A stretch of DNA of 64,000 nt from Candidatus Omnitrophota bacterium (GCA_903860135.1 CAIOPG010000006.1:21117-85116), one strand, 5' to 3'; shown: positions 16,273 to 30,347, counted from the stretch's first letter. A program made the numbers and translations. The notes: generated by a model from the letters alone, not told the origin.

Positions 16273-17319
16273 GTGAAGTCATTTATATTCATATCGTTGT
16301 TGTTGTTTGGTTTTTGGGTTACGGATGTATTTGCGCTGGACATGGATCTGGTGTCTCAAGGACTTGATGCGTATGCTAGGGAAAATAATCTCCCTGAAAG
16401 CGATGCGGCAGTGGCGACGACAGGCGTCGATGTGTCCGGCAGTGAACAGGCACCTGACATGGTTGTGATCCCGTATGTGCCGCAGGCTCCGGCGTTAAAG
16501 GTCGTGCGCAAGCAACATGAATTTGAGGTGGGTATTGAGCGGTATCAATACAAGTATCATGAGTACGCCGAGATCGGTTCAAAGTTCATGCATATGAGAG
16601 GCGCCTATAGCGGCATTTTTATGGCGTATGCCTTCCGCCCGGTCGACATTGATTCCATGGTCGAGCAGATCATCAATCTTTATCGTGTGGAATTGAGGTA
16701 TGCCACCGGTCGTGTTAATTATACAGGCGCTCAGCAGGATTCTTTGGGCAATGTTACCGGGTTTACTTATAATGGTGTTAATGATTTTGTATTTGAAGGG
16801 CGCGGGATCCTCGGTAATGAGTACGCACTGCCTCAGGCATGGACAGTGACACCTTATACGGGACTGGGCTATCGTTTGTTGAATGATAGTATGCAAGAAG
16901 CCGGCCCGGGGGGGTATGAACGGGAATCCAGCTACTGGTACTTGCCGTTGGGGGCGACACTGGCCAAAGATTTGCCGCGCGGCTGGAGATGTGAATACAA
17001 TGCCGAGTATGATTATTTTATTTCCGGGAAGCAGGTTTCACATCTTGAGGATATAGACTCGGCCCTTGATCCATTGGGGAATAAACAGAACAAGGGGTTT
17101 GGCTGGCGCACATCCTTGAAGGTGGTTAAAAGCTTTCCTCGCGTGAAATGGAGCCTTGAACCCTACTATCGTTTTTGGCACATTCAAAAGTCGTGTGTCG
17201 AGCCATGGACATCGCAAGGACAGCCTATTTCGGGGTCGGTTCCTGACACCATCATCGTTGGTTGGGAACCAGACAATATCACCCAGGAACTGGGTTTGCG
17301 CCTGGGGGCTCAGTTTTAG
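16273..17319 (+). CDS. Putative outer-membrane beta-barrel protein (signal peptide, C-terminal ...LGAQF)
   Basis: Signal peptide MKSFIFISLLLFGFWVTDVFA. Alternating amphipathic segments. Terminal Phe typical of OMP barrels. Function unknown. Confidence 0.5.
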   Translation: MKSFIFISLLLFGFWVTDVFALDMDLVSQGLDAYARENNLPESDAAVATTGVDVSGSEQAPDMVVIPYVPQAPALKVVRKQHEFEVGIERYQYKYHEYAEIGSKFMHMRGAYSGIFMAYAFRPVDIDSMVEQIINLYRVELRYATGRVNYTGAQQDSLGNVTGFTYNGVNDFVFEGRGILGNEYALPQAWTVTPYTGLGYRLLNDSMQEAGPGGYERESSYWYLPLGATLAKDLPRGWRCEYNAEYDYFISGKQVSHLEDIDSALDPLGNKQNKGFGWRTSLKVVKSFPRVKWSLEPYYRFWHIQKSCVEPWTSQGQPISGSVPDTIIVGWEPDNITQELGLRLGAQF

Positions 17320-17383
17320 CCACCGCGGTTTGACAATGGTTTCGTTTGTGGTATAGTAAACCAAATTTTTACACTAAAATAAA

Positions 17384-18133
17384 ATGACTTCTACACCCGA
17401 ATTTCCTCATATCATTGGACTGGCCGCCGAGCTTAATAAAGATAATGCTCTGGGACACTTTCTTCATTTTTGGGAAAGCACCATCTATGCGGTCATCGTG
17501 ATCGCCTTACTGGGTGTCGTAGCGTATGTTGCCACACGCCGGTGTGAGGTCCGTTCGCCTGGGCGCTTGCAGAGTGCGGCGGAGTTCTTTGTTATCTTTG
17601 TCGATGATTTTGTTCAAAGTGTCTTGGGTGCGCGCGGCCGCAAGTTCACGGCTTTTGTCGGCACGCTTTTCATTTATATCCTGGCCATGAACTACATCGG
17701 CCTGATACCTTTTTTCAAGTCTCCCAATGCCGAATGGTCAACGACCATGGGGCTTTCCCTTATCGTGTTCTTTTATGTACAATATACGGCGGTCAAGGAA
17801 CTGGGTTTCGGGGGCTATTTTGATCACTTGATGGGCCAGCCGCGCGGGATGATGGCTTTTACCCTTATCATGCCGGTGTTCATGCTTTCGGTCCATATCG
17901 TGAGTGAATTGATCCGTCCGATTAGCCTTTCCCTGCGCTTACGCAGTAATATTTACGGCGACGATATGATCCTGGCGTTGTTTGCGAGCTGGGGGCTTAA
18001 GGACGGGTTTTTATGGCTTTTTCCGAATTTTTTCCTGGTTGTGCTCACATCAACGATCCAGGCGGCGGTGTTCAGTATTTTGACGCTGGTATATTTTTCA
18101 CTTATCATGAAACATGAAGAAGCGCATCACTAA
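17384..18133 (+). CDS. atpB: ATP synthase F0 subunit a
   Basis: Conserved R in SLSLRLRSNIYGD, polytopic membrane protein, first gene of the atp cluster. Confidence 0.85.
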   Translation: MTSTPEFPHIIGLAAELNKDNALGHFLHFWESTIYAVIVIALLGVVAYVATRRCEVRSPGRLQSAAEFFVIFVDDFVQSVLGARGRKFTAFVGTLFIYILAMNYIGLIPFFKSPNAEWSTTMGLSLIVFFYVQYTAVKELGFGGYFDHLMGQPRGMMAFTLIMPVFMLSVHIVSELIRPISLSLRLRSNIYGDDMILALFASWGLKDGFLWLFPNFFLVVLTSTIQAAVFSILTLVYFSLIMKHEEAHH

Positions 18134-18156
18134 TTAATTACCAACAGGAGGGAATA

Positions 18157-18390
18157 ATGGATTTTCACGCGGCATTAGCTATTGGTTTACCGATCGGACT
18201 TGGCCTGGCGGCTCTCGGCGTCGGTACTGGTTTGGGTAACGCAGTTTCCAGCGCGCTTGAGGCTTTCGGACGTCAGCCTGAGGCGATGGGCAAGATCATG
18301 ACGCTTATGCTCCTGGGTTGCGCCATTATTGAAACGATTATTTTCTACGTGCTGGGTTTTATCGTATTCCCGCTTATCGGAAAGATCTAA
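18157..18390 (+). CDS. atpE: ATP synthase F0 subunit c
   Basis: 77 aa, two TM helices, GRQPE loop motif and a conserved Glu in helix 2. Confidence 0.9.
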   Translation: MDFHAALAIGLPIGLGLAALGVGTGLGNAVSSALEAFGRQPEAMGKIMTLMLLGCAIIETIIFYVLGFIVFPLIGKI

Positions 18391-18432
18391 TTTTTTCTCC
18401 GGACATTTACCGGAGCTGAGGATGGGGTAGTT

Positions 18433-18936
18433 ATGGAACTTTTTAAATTGCTGAATTTTCAACTGATCACCGCCCAGATGGTTTGTTTCTTTCTGGTGTT
18501 GTTCGTGTTGAAAAAGTTTCTCTGGAAACCCGTGTTTGATATCCTTGAGGCGCGCCGCAAGAAGGTTGACGACGAGATCGCGGCGGTGGATGCGTTGAAA
18601 GCCGAAGCGGTTAAGTTCCGCACGGAAATGGAAAAAGCACTGGCGGCCATTGAAGAAACAGCGCAGAAGCGGCTGAAAGAAGTTGAAAATCTTGGCGAGG
18701 TAAAATCCCGCGAGATCAGGGAAAAAGCGCGCATCGAGGCTGACCGCATCATCGAGGATGCCAAAGGTGAATTGCATTTTGAACTCCTGCGCGCCCGTGA
18801 AGCGCTCCGGGGCGATGTGGTGGATATGGTGATGAAGGTGACCGAGCAGATGATCCAGGAAAAACTGACGTTTGCCGAGGATCGTAAAATTGTCGAGTCG
18901 CTGTTGGCTGATTTAGAGAAAGTGCATGAAAAATAA
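18433..18936 (+). CDS. atpF: ATP synthase F0 subunit b
   Basis: Single N-terminal TM helix then a long charged coiled-coil. Operon position. Confidence 0.8.
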   Translation: MELFKLLNFQLITAQMVCFFLVLFVLKKFLWKPVFDILEARRKKVDDEIAAVDALKAEAVKFRTEMEKALAAIEETAQKRLKEVENLGEVKSREIREKARIEADRIIEDAKGELHFELLRAREALRGDVVDMVMKVTEQMIQEKLTFAEDRKIVESLLADLEKVHEK

Positions 18937-19474
18937 ACTGGCCGCCAAGCGCTACGCCGAAGCGTACATCGAATTTGCCCAAACGAAGATCGGCCTCGCG
19001 CGGTGCGTTGATGACATGAAGTCGTTGCGCACGGTCATGCGTGAAACACCTGACTTCCTGCATTTCCTGCGGGCACCTGAAATACCGGTTCATGAAAAAG
19101 GCGCGCTCATTGACCGTGTTCTTGGGCAGGTGCTGGCAGAGGAGACGCGCACGTTCATCAGGTATCTTCTGGTCAAAGGGCGTATTGATCTTCTCGATGG
19201 CGTAACGGATTATGTGCGGGTGGTTTATGCGCACGGCGAGGTGGTGGATGTCTTGTTGCGCACGACATTCCCGCTCGAGCTGGATGTCGTCGAGCGCCTC
19301 AAGGCGCGGGTCGAAGTGATTGCCCGGAAAAAGGCAAATCTTTATTTGGAACTGGACCCAGACCTTTTGGGCGGTGTTCAGATCGTGATAGGCAATACCA
19401 TCATTGATGGATCGGTACGCAACAGGCTGTTGCAACTTAAAAAACAAATGCTTCAAGCGAAGGTGGTTCCATGA
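18926..19474 (+). CDS. atpH: ATP synthase F1 delta subunit
   Basis: 182 aa OSCP/delta-like protein between atpF and atpA. Confidence 0.8.
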   Translation: MKNKLAAKRYAEAYIEFAQTKIGLARCVDDMKSLRTVMRETPDFLHFLRAPEIPVHEKGALIDRVLGQVLAEETRTFIRYLLVKGRIDLLDGVTDYVRVVYAHGEVVDVLLRTTFPLELDVVERLKARVEVIARKKANLYLELDPDLLGGVQIVIGNTIIDGSVRNRLLQLKKQMLQAKVVP

Positions 19475-20994
19475 GTACCCTGAGGCCCGAAGAAATTTCT
19501 TCTATTCTTAAGAACGAGCTCGAAAATTTCAAGACGCATATCAAGACCGAATCTATTGGTACGGTCATCCAGGTCGGTGACGCAATCGCCCGTGTGTATG
19601 GCCTTGACGATGTTATGGCCGGCGAGATCATTGAGTTTCCCGGCAATGTGTTCGGGATGGCGGTCAACCTTGAAGAAGACAGTGTCGGTGTCATCATTTT
19701 CGGCAAGGATAATCCTGACCGGAATATTAAAGAGGGTGATACGGTCAAGCGTACCGGCAAGATCGTCCAGGTTCCTGTTGGCGAGGCACTCAAAGGGCGT
19801 GTGGTCAATGCCCTGGGGATGCCCATCGATGGGCGAGGGTCCATCATCTCGGAGCGTTTCCGGGCCATGGAATTTGCGGCACCTGACGTTGTGTCGCGCC
19901 AGCCGATCGATACGCCCCTGCAGACGGGGATCAAGGCTGTGGATGCGATGATCCCGATAGGCCGCGGACAGCGCGAGCTCATCATCGGTGACCGTCAGAC
20001 AGGCAAGACAGCGGTGGCCATGGATACGATCATCAACCAGAAGGGCAAGGATGTTTATTGCATCTATGTCGCTATCGGTCAGAAGATTTCCAGTATTGTG
20101 GCGGTGGTTGAGACCTTGAAGAAGAACGGTGCCATGGACTATACGACGGTTGTCAGCGCCTCGTCGCGCACATCGGCGTCATCGCAGTACCTGGCCCCTT
20201 ATTCTGGTTGTGCCATGGGTGAGGAATTTATGTATAAGGGCAAGGATGTCCTTATTGTGTACGATGACCTTTCCAAGCATGCGCAGGCGTATCGTCAGCT
20301 TTCGCTTTTATTGCGCCGTCCGCCGGGCCGTGAGGCGTATCCGGGAGACATTTTCTACCTGCATTCACGCCTGCTGGAACGTGCCGCCAAACTGTCTGAC
20401 AAGTTGGGCGGAGGTTCATTGACGGCATTGCCTATCATTGAAACCCAGGGCGGTGATATCACCAGTTATATTCCGACGAATGTCATTTCGATCACCGATG
20501 GCCAGATATACCTGGAATCGGATCTCTTTTTCTCGGGCGTGCGTCCGGCCATCAATGTCGGTCTTTCCGTATCACGCGTCGGTGGCAAGGCTCAGGCCAA
20601 AGCCATGCGCAAGGTCGCGGGTAAACTCCGCCTTGACTTGGCGCAGTACCGTGAACTGGTCACGTTCCTGCAGTTTGGTTCCGAACTTGATAAAGCCACC
20701 CAGGATCAGCTGACCCGCGGTGAGCGCGTTGTCGAGGTTTTGAAGCAGGGGCAGTACCAGACATTGGCGCTCGGCCAACAGGTCATTTTGATCTCGGCTA
20801 CGGTCAACGGTTACCTGGACGATCTTCCCGCGTCGAGCATCAAGCGTTTTGAGGTGGCGTTCTTGCAGTTTATGGGCCAGCGTTATCCCCAGGTTGCCAG
20901 GGTTATTGAAGAAACGGGCGATCTGGCTGGCGATAACGCCGATGTCCTGAAAGCCGCGATCATCGAATTCAAGAAAGAGTTTCTTAAGAAATAA
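19471..20994 (+). CDS. atpA: ATP synthase F1 alpha subunit
   Basis: Walker [12 protein letters not shown] and the alpha-subunit signature regions. Confidence 0.95.
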   Translation: MSTLRPEEISSILKNELENFKTHIKTESIGTVIQVGDAIARVYGLDDVMAGEIIEFPGNVFGMAVNLEEDSVGVIIFGKDNPDRNIKEGDTVKRTGKIVQVPVGEALKGRVVNALGMPIDGRGSIISERFRAMEFAAPDVVSRQPIDTPLQTGIKAVDAMIPIGRGQRELIIGDRQTGKTAVAMDTIINQKGKDVYCIYVAIGQKISSIVAVVETLKKNGAMDYTTVVSASSRTSASSQYLAPYSGCAMGEEFMYKGKDVLIVYDDLSKHAQAYRQLSLLLRRPPGREAYPGDIFYLHSRLLERAAKLSDKLGGGSLTALPIIETQGGDITSYIPTNVISITDGQIYLESDLFFSGVRPAINVGLSVSRVGGKAQAKAMRKVAGKLRLDLAQYRELVTFLQFGSELDKATQDQLTRGERVVEVLKQGQYQTLALGQQVILISATVNGYLDDLPASSIKRFEVAFLQFMGQRYPQVARVIEETGDLAGDNADVLKAAIIEFKKEFLKK

Positions 20995-21848
20995 TGTCAC
21001 AGCAATTAAGGCAGTTAAAGTCCCGTATCCGTTCCATCGAGGGCACCTGGAAGGTGACCCGCGCGATGGAGATGGTGTCCATGGCCAAGTTCAAGGGGCT
21101 CGAAGCGCCGTTGACAGCGGCACGGTTTTATTTCACCAAGATCGAGAATATCCTCAACAATTTGCTTGCGGCAGATTCTGAGGCAACGCATCCTTATTTT
21201 CGTGCGCGCGATAAAGGGGCTGTTGCCCTTGTGGTGATCACGTCGGATACCGGGCTTTGCGGCGGTTATACGGACAAGGTATTGCGGCAGGCGGATGCGT
21301 TCATTGCGGCGCATCAAGGGCGTGATGTCCGGCTTTATGTTTATGGCCGCAAGGGGCAGTCGTATTTCCGCCGGACAGGGCGTGAGGTTTACCGTTATTT
21401 TCCCGCCGCGCACGGGCGCCTTTCCCAGGTTTTTCATCGGGCCATTGTTGAGGCGGTACTTGACGCTTATGACAAGAAAGAATTGGCTGAAGTCCATGTC
21501 TGTCATACGGTCTTTAAGTCGATGATGAAGCATGTACCTGAAGTGGTGCGTTTCTTGCACATTGATCCCAAGCCTAAAGAGGCGAGCGGGGATTTTATCA
21601 TTGAAAGCGGCATCAGAGGGATACTCGCTGACCTTCTGCCGATGTTCCTTGCCAGCCGCATGCGGCTGTTGATGCTTGAATCGTTCACCAGTGAACAGGC
21701 GGCGCGCATGGTGGCGATGAAATCGGCCAAGGACAATGCCAAGGAATTAATGGGCGACCTTATATTACTTCGAAATAAAATCAGGCAGGCGACGATCACG
21801 AAAGAGGTCATCGAGATCATTTCTTCTGCCGAAGCATTGAAAGGATAG
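20994..21848 (+). CDS. atpG: ATP synthase F1 gamma subunit
   Basis: N-terminus [29 protein letters not shown] and C-terminus typical of gamma. Confidence 0.9.
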   Translation: MSQQLRQLKSRIRSIEGTWKVTRAMEMVSMAKFKGLEAPLTAARFYFTKIENILNNLLAADSEATHPYFRARDKGAVALVVITSDTGLCGGYTDKVLRQADAFIAAHQGRDVRLYVYGRKGQSYFRRTGREVYRYFPAAHGRLSQVFHRAIVEAVLDAYDKKELAEVHVCHTVFKSMMKHVPEVVRFLHIDPKPKEASGDFIIESGIRGILADLLPMFLASRMRLLMLESFTSEQAARMVAMKSAKDNAKELMGDLILLRNKIRQATITKEVIEIISSAEALKG

Positions 21849-23258
<1,410 letters not shown>

Positions 23259-23264
23259 GACTCT

Positions 23265-23555
23265 ATGATCACGCCACAGGTACCATTGCATCTGTCTGTT
23301 TTAACACCGGCGAAAGTCCTTTTTGACGCGCCGGTGGATTATCTCTTTGTCCCCGGCGGGGCAGGGGATTTTGGCGTTCTCCGGGATCACGCGTCCATGA
23401 TCGCTTCGCTGAAACCCGGGGCTTTTGAGATCCGTCCGTTGTCCGGAGGGGTGCTGAATTTTAAAACAGGACAGCCTGCGCTTTTTGAGGTCGTCAATAA
23501 CAAGGCCTCTATTCTTCTCGATGCGGGGGACACGGCTTCTTTCCCCAAGATATAA
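23265..23555 (+). CDS. atpC: ATP synthase F1 epsilon subunit (short form)
   Basis: 96 aa beta-sandwich N-domain-like protein at the end of the atp operon. Confidence 0.75.
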   Translation: MITPQVPLHLSVLTPAKVLFDAPVDYLFVPGGAGDFGVLRDHASMIASLKPGAFEIRPLSGGVLNFKTGQPALFEVVNNKASILLDAGDTASFPKI

Positions 23556-23585
23556 GATTGATCTTCGGGAGGCAAAAGCCCAGCC

Positions 23586-24983
23586 ATGAGCTTTTGCGGT
23601 TTTCCTATGGTATCTGTCCGTCAATATATCACCCAGCATTTTTTTCGTTCCCCCACGCGTGTGGCCATTACGCTTTTTACGTTACTGGTCTTTGCCGGAA
23701 CTTTGTTGTTAAGGCTTCCGCTGGCAACAACCTCAGGTCAAATTTCCTTCATTGATGCGCTGTTCACCACTGTGTCGGCTGTCAGTGTTACCGGGCTCGG
23801 GGTGGTGGATACAGGGACGTATTTCACGGCTTTCGGTCAGGTTGTGATCATGCTTCTGGTTCAGTTGGGCGGGGTCGGGATCATGACGTTTTCAACCTTG
23901 TTCATCCTCATGGCAGGGCGCAAGCCGGGCATTGTTGCCGGCCAGACGATCCAGGATACCTATACGCAAACGGGCGATCGGTCACCGTTGGATATCCTCA
24001 AGGCGGTGTTGGTCTTGACTTTTGCGATCGAAGCGGTGGGGGTGGCGATCCTTGCTTGCTGTTTCTTGAGGGAAATGGCGTGGCCGCAGGCCTTGTACAC
24101 GGGGCTCTTCCACAGCATTTGTGCTTTTTGCAATGCCGGGTTCTCCCTTTTCCCCGACAACCTGATGCGGTACCGGGCGGACTGGTGGGTGTCGCTGACG
24201 GTGGCGGTCCTGATCATCCTTGGCGGGACGGGGTTCCTGGTCATGACAGATATTCACCGGGCAGCCAAGTTCCGGGGGAAGGCCTGGCGGCGGCTCAGCC
24301 TGCAGACCAAGCTGGTCCTTTCGATCACCGGGATACTGCTTGTGAGCAGTACCCTTATCATCATGTGGATGGAACGCGGGCACACGCTCCACAACTTGCC
24401 GCTCAATCAAAAGATCCTGGCGTCTTTCTTTGAAGCTGTAACGGCACGCACGGCGGGATTTAACACCATCGACCACGCGGCGATGGCCAATGAGACGCTG
24501 TTCTTTGTTATTATCCTTATGTTCATCGGGGCGGCACCTGGAAGTTGTGCGGGCGGTGTCAAGATCACAAGCGTGAGCATCCTTGTCCTTTTGGGTATCG
24601 CGCATTTTAAAGGCGAAGACCGACCGCAGATATTCTACCGTTCCATCAACAAGTCTTTCGTCGATAAAGCCATCAGCACGGTCTTTCTCAGCATGATCGC
24701 GGTATTTGCCGTAACGATGTGCGTCGAGATGGCGGAGGAATTCAATGCGTTTCTTCCGCGCGGGCATGACAAGTTCCTGGACATTCTTTTTGAAGTTGTC
24801 AGCGCGTTTGGGACTGTTGGTTTATCGACCGGGTTCACCTCGAAATTTACCAGCTTGGGGAAATTTTTTCTGGTGATCATGATGGTCGTCGGCAAGCTTG
24901 GGATGATGACCCTGATCTTTGCGATGAGCCAGCGCCGGATAAAGAAATATTTTTATGCGGAAGAGAATGTGATGATCAGCTGA
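23586..24983 (+). CDS. trkH: TrkH/KtrB-family potassium uptake membrane protein
   Basis: Repeated pore-loop motifs (SAVSVTGL, CNAGFS, RTAGFNT, GTVGLSTG). 10 or more TM segments. Confidence 0.85.
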   Translation: MSFCGFPMVSVRQYITQHFFRSPTRVAITLFTLLVFAGTLLLRLPLATTSGQISFIDALFTTVSAVSVTGLGVVDTGTYFTAFGQVVIMLLVQLGGVGIMTFSTLFILMAGRKPGIVAGQTIQDTYTQTGDRSPLDILKAVLVLTFAIEAVGVAILACCFLREMAWPQALYTGLFHSICAFCNAGFSLFPDNLMRYRADWWVSLTVAVLIILGGTGFLVMTDIHRAAKFRGKAWRRLSLQTKLVLSITGILLVSSTLIIMWMERGHTLHNLPLNQKILASFFEAVTARTAGFNTIDHAAMANETLFFVIILMFIGAAPGSCAGGVKITSVSILVLLGIAHFKGEDRPQIFYRSINKSFVDKAISTVFLSMIAVFAVTMCVEMAEEFNAFLPRGHDKFLDILFEVVSAFGTVGLSTGFTSKFTSLGKFFLVIMMVVGKLGMMTLIFAMSQRRIKKYFYAEENVMIS

Positions 24984-25017
24984 TGCCTGACGGGCACAGG
25001 AGAAAACGGGAGCTTTT

Positions 25018-25674
25018 ATGAAACAGATCGTTGTTATTGGTGTCGGGAACTTCGGGCATTACCTGGCCAAGGAGCTGTATACCAAAGGGTATGAGGTGAT
25101 CGTGATCGATAAAAGCCAGGCGCGCGTCCAGGATATCCATTCTTATGTTACCCAGGCGGTGGTGGCGGACTCGACGGATATGGAAACCTTGCGTACGCTG
25201 GGTGTGGATCGGGCCGATCTGGTGATCATTGGCATCGGGTCGAACTTGAGTGAGTCGATCCTTACCGCGCTGAACGTAAAAGATCTTGGGGTGAAAAAGA
25301 TCTTCGCCAAGGCCCAGAGTGAAAATCACGGGCGCATCCTGGAGAAGCTTGGCGTCAACGAGGTGTTCTTTCCTGAAAAAGACCTGGCCGTGTCGGTGGC
25401 GCGCCAGATCCATAATCCGAACATGATCGATCATATCCCGTTCGTCGACGGTTACACCATTGTCGAAATGGCCCCGCCGCGGAGCTTCATCGGCAAGCGG
25501 TTGAAAGAGGCCAATATCATCAATAAATTCGGCGTCCAGGTCATGGCGATCAAGGATGTCCTGACCGACCAGCTGAGTGTTATCCCGACGGGCGAGTATA
25601 TGATGAAAGACAGCGATATCCTTATCCTCATGGGGCAAAAGGACAGCATTGACCGCATCAAGGATGCGGAGTAA
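25018..25674 (+). CDS. trkA: TrkA/KtrA potassium uptake regulatory protein (RCK_N plus RCK_C)
   Basis: Rossmann motif IVVIGVGNFGHYLA and a C-terminal RCK_C region. Confidence 0.85.
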   Translation: MKQIVVIGVGNFGHYLAKELYTKGYEVIVIDKSQARVQDIHSYVTQAVVADSTDMETLRTLGVDRADLVIIGIGSNLSESILTALNVKDLGVKKIFAKAQSENHGRILEKLGVNEVFFPEKDLAVSVARQIHNPNMIDHIPFVDGYTIVEMAPPRSFIGKRLKEANIINKFGVQVMAIKDVLTDQLSVIPTGEYMMKDSDILILMGQKDSIDRIKDAE

Positions 25675-25947
25675 AGATTTGTTTGCGACCGTGTAAATGT
25701 TTAGGGCGTCGAGAGGATGTCTTTAGTTGACACCCTCCCCCGCGAGCGAAGTAATGATGAAAAAGGGTGCTCGTTCAAAATATTTTGTTCATGAAATAGG
25801 GTGTCCTTGTTTTTCCAATTAACTTTAGCATTCCGTTGATTTTTCGGGCTTCAAGGTTCGCCGGCACGATCGCTTGACAGGACCACGTATTAAAGTTATC
25901 CTAAATATAGAATATTATGAGAAACATGATAAACAGGAGATTTATAC

Positions 25948-26523
25948 GTGAGCAATGAAAGGCCTTTAACTACGGGTGAAATTGCTGATCTTTGCCATGT
26001 CCATTTGAGGACGGCATTGCAGTGGATACATGACGGTAAGCTGAAGGCGTACCGCACGCCGGGCAATCACAGCCGCGTCAAGGTTGAAGATTTTATCGGT
26101 TTTCTGAAACAGTATAATATGCCGATCCCTGAAACCCTTTCCGGACGGGGGAATTCGCGCAAAGTGTTGATCGTGGATGATGATGAGAACATGGTCAGTT
26201 CGATGCGCCGTTTGTTCAAGAAGGAACCTCATTTTGAAATTGAAGCGGCGTTTGACGGCTTTGAGGCCGGGATCAAACTGCTTTTGTTCAAGCCGGACCT
26301 TGTGATCCTTGACATGAAAATGCCGGGGATGAATGGTTATGAGGTGGCGCAGAAGATCAAGCATTCGGCCAATTGTGAGCACACCAAGATCATAGGGGTT
26401 AGTGCTTATTTTGAAGATATTGACAAGGAGCGTCTGCGCGAGGTAGGGGTGGAATGTTGTTTTGACAAGCCATTTAATCCCGGTGAACTGATTGAAAAAG
26501 CGAAAGAGATGCTCGCCGCTTGA
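25948..26523 (+). CDS. Response regulator with an N-terminal excisionase/MerR-type HTH and a C-terminal receiver domain
   Basis: N-terminus LTTGEIADLCHVHLRTALQWIHDGKLKAYRTPGNHSRV (HTH_17-like). Receiver motifs LIVDDDENM, phospho-acceptor D in LVILDMKMPGMNG, and a conserved K in GVSAYF. Confidence 0.7.
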   Translation: MSNERPLTTGEIADLCHVHLRTALQWIHDGKLKAYRTPGNHSRVKVEDFIGFLKQYNMPIPETLSGRGNSRKVLIVDDDENMVSSMRRLFKKEPHFEIEAAFDGFEAGIKLLLFKPDLVILDMKMPGMNGYEVAQKIKHSANCEHTKIIGVSAYFEDIDKERLREVGVECCFDKPFNPGELIEKAKEMLAA

Positions 26524-27452
26524 TCCCCGCTGCATTCCTCGAACGTTTGTCGCTGATCGTCCCTCCGGAAGATTTGTCTGGTGTCGTTCATACTTTCTCC
26601 GTCAAGGAAGCTTTTATTCTTCGGGTCAATCCTTTAAAGGGCGAGGCAGAGGCAACGCTCGGGCGCCTGGCGGAAGAAGGTGTGAGCCTGGCCGCTGTGC
26701 CGTGGTGCGGCGACGCCTGGATTGTCGGTGCTGAAACCGTTGAGGCCATGTCCCGGCATCCGTTATTTGATGAAGGGAAGATTTATCGCCAGAGTTTGTC
26801 GAGCTTGATCCCGGCTGTCCTTCTGGGCGCTTTGCCGGGAGAGCGTGTGCTCGATGCGTGCGCCGCGCCGGGCAGTAAGGCAACGCAGATCGCGGCGATG
26901 ATGCGTCCTGAGGGGGAGGTCGTCGCGGTGGAGGCGGTCAAGGCACGATTTTTTCGCCTGCGTTCTGTTTGTGCGCTTTTGGGTGCCGCTACGGTGGCCT
27001 GCAAATTGTGCGATGTCCGTCGCCTGCGTTTACCGGACAATATGTTCTTTGACCGTGTCCTTGTCGATGCACCGTGCAGTTCCGAAGGGCGTTTCCGGGC
27101 CGATGATCCCGAAAGCTATGCATATTGGAGCCCGCGCAAGATCAAGGAAATGAGCTACAAGCAAAAAGGCATCCTCATGAGTGCCGCGCGTTTGCTCAAG
27201 CCGGGAGGCTGTCTGGTCTATGCCACATGCACGTTCGCGCCAGAGGAGAATGAGGAAGTGGTGGACTGGTTCCTGAACAAAAGTGAAGGGGCTTTTGCGC
27301 TCGAGGAGGCCGGGCTACCGGGAGTGCCACGCCTGCCGGCCGTGACGCGCTGGGGACGCGATGCCTTTTCGCCTGATATGGCGATGTGCTTACGGGTTAA
27401 ACCGGACCATCTTTATACAGGTTTCTTCGTCGCGAAATTGAGGAAGTTATGA
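26520..27452 (+). CDS. RsmB/RsmF (NOL1/NOP2/Sun) family RNA m5C methyltransferase
   Basis: Motifs DACAAPGSKATQIA and VDAPCSSEG (catalytic Cys pair). TTG start overlaps the upstream stop. Confidence 0.8.
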   Translation: MIPAAFLERLSLIVPPEDLSGVVHTFSVKEAFILRVNPLKGEAEATLGRLAEEGVSLAAVPWCGDAWIVGAETVEAMSRHPLFDEGKIYRQSLSSLIPAVLLGALPGERVLDACAAPGSKATQIAAMMRPEGEVVAVEAVKARFFRLRSVCALLGAATVACKLCDVRRLRLPDNMFFDRVLVDAPCSSEGRFRADDPESYAYWSPRKIKEMSYKQKGILMSAARLLKPGGCLVYATCTFAPEENEEVVDWFLNKSEGAFALEEAGLPGVPRLPAVTRWGRDAFSPDMAMCLRVKPDHLYTGFFVAKLRKL

Positions 27453-28375
27453 AAGACCTTCATCGTGTGGCTGGGCATTTCGGGTTTAGCGATATCCGGT
27501 TCCGCCCTGACATTGCTGTCGCCGGAAGCCCGGAACGCACAGAATTCCGCATGGTCGTCGAAGTTCCCGATGGCCAGCTGATCATCCTTGAGCAGATTAA
27601 CCCCTACCGGACAGAACATAGAAGGTCGATGGCCCGGGTCCTGGCGACCCTGTCGGCGCGCGGGTTGCCGTTGGTTGTGCCTTTCATCAAAGATGTTGCG
27701 GGTGAGACCCTCGGGGTTGTAGGAGGAGAATGCTGGCAGGCGGTGCCGTATGTTAAGGGGGTTCAGCTTGACCGTCCGGCGTATGCGTTGGAAGGCTGGC
27801 GCGGGGCAGCGTCAGCGCAGTTTTTGGTGGACATCAAGAAGGTCGCGGATACCGAAGCGGTTCTTCAGGCGGGGTTTGTGTTTGACCTGCCGGGTTATAT
27901 CGACGGGCTATGGGCGGTGATCCGTCGCCGCAGGCCGGAAGTTGCGCAGGCTTTTATTCCGATGATGCGTCATGTAGAAGAGCATCTGTACCCGTGCTAC
28001 CGGGCTTTGCCCGCGAGCTTTGGCCATGGGGATTACCATGCGCTCAACATTATCTGGGGCGATACGGTGATCAATGCTGTCATTGATTGGGAATTTTGTG
28101 GCATGAAGCCGGAATTGTACGATGCCGCCAATATGCTGTCTTGCCTGGGGATCGAGGATCCTTCAGCACTCGATGGCTCGTATGCGGATAATTTTATCGG
28201 GGTATTAAAAGCTTCCGGTTTGTTTGCGGCGAAAAGTTTCACGTCGTTGCCGGACATTATGATCGGGATGCGTTTTGCGTGGGTCTCCGAATGGCTCCGC
28301 AAGGATGATGACGAAATGCTCCAGATGGAACTCGATTATTTTGATATCCTCAAAGCCAGGTGCGGGGCTTTATAA
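27449..28375 (+). CDS. Phosphotransferase (APH/choline-kinase-like) family protein
   Basis: Motifs FGHGDYHALNIIW (HGD catalytic loop) and IDWEFCG. Substrate unknown. Confidence 0.5.
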   Translation: MKDLHRVAGHFGFSDIRFRPDIAVAGSPERTEFRMVVEVPDGQLIILEQINPYRTEHRRSMARVLATLSARGLPLVVPFIKDVAGETLGVVGGECWQAVPYVKGVQLDRPAYALEGWRGAASAQFLVDIKKVADTEAVLQAGFVFDLPGYIDGLWAVIRRRRPEVAQAFIPMMRHVEEHLYPCYRALPASFGHGDYHALNIIWGDTVINAVIDWEFCGMKPELYDAANMLSCLGIEDPSALDGSYADNFIGVLKASGLFAAKSFTSLPDIMIGMRFAWVSEWLRKDDDEMLQMELDYFDILKARCGAL

Positions 28376-28386
28376 AGAACTTGTGA

Positions 28387-30054
<1,668 letters not shown>

Positions 30055-30347
30055 ATCGGAAGAGAGGGACCTAGATAAAGATAGGCCGGGGAAAGCGGGT
30101 GTTACGCGCTTCGGAATGCCCGTGATTGATCGCTCCCTACCCATCTGATCCCCAGAATCCTGCTGTTCAGAAATGGATCCGGCAGTATTAGTAAGATCCG
30201 CGCGTTTCAATATAATTATAATTATTTGCAAAATTGAAAAGCATCAGGTATTATTCATACAGTGCAAATGGCTGTATGATCGTTGGCGTTGGACATTCCT
30301 TATTTTTCCTTAAACATCAAAAAATTCTTTCCTGAACCAGATCCGGC

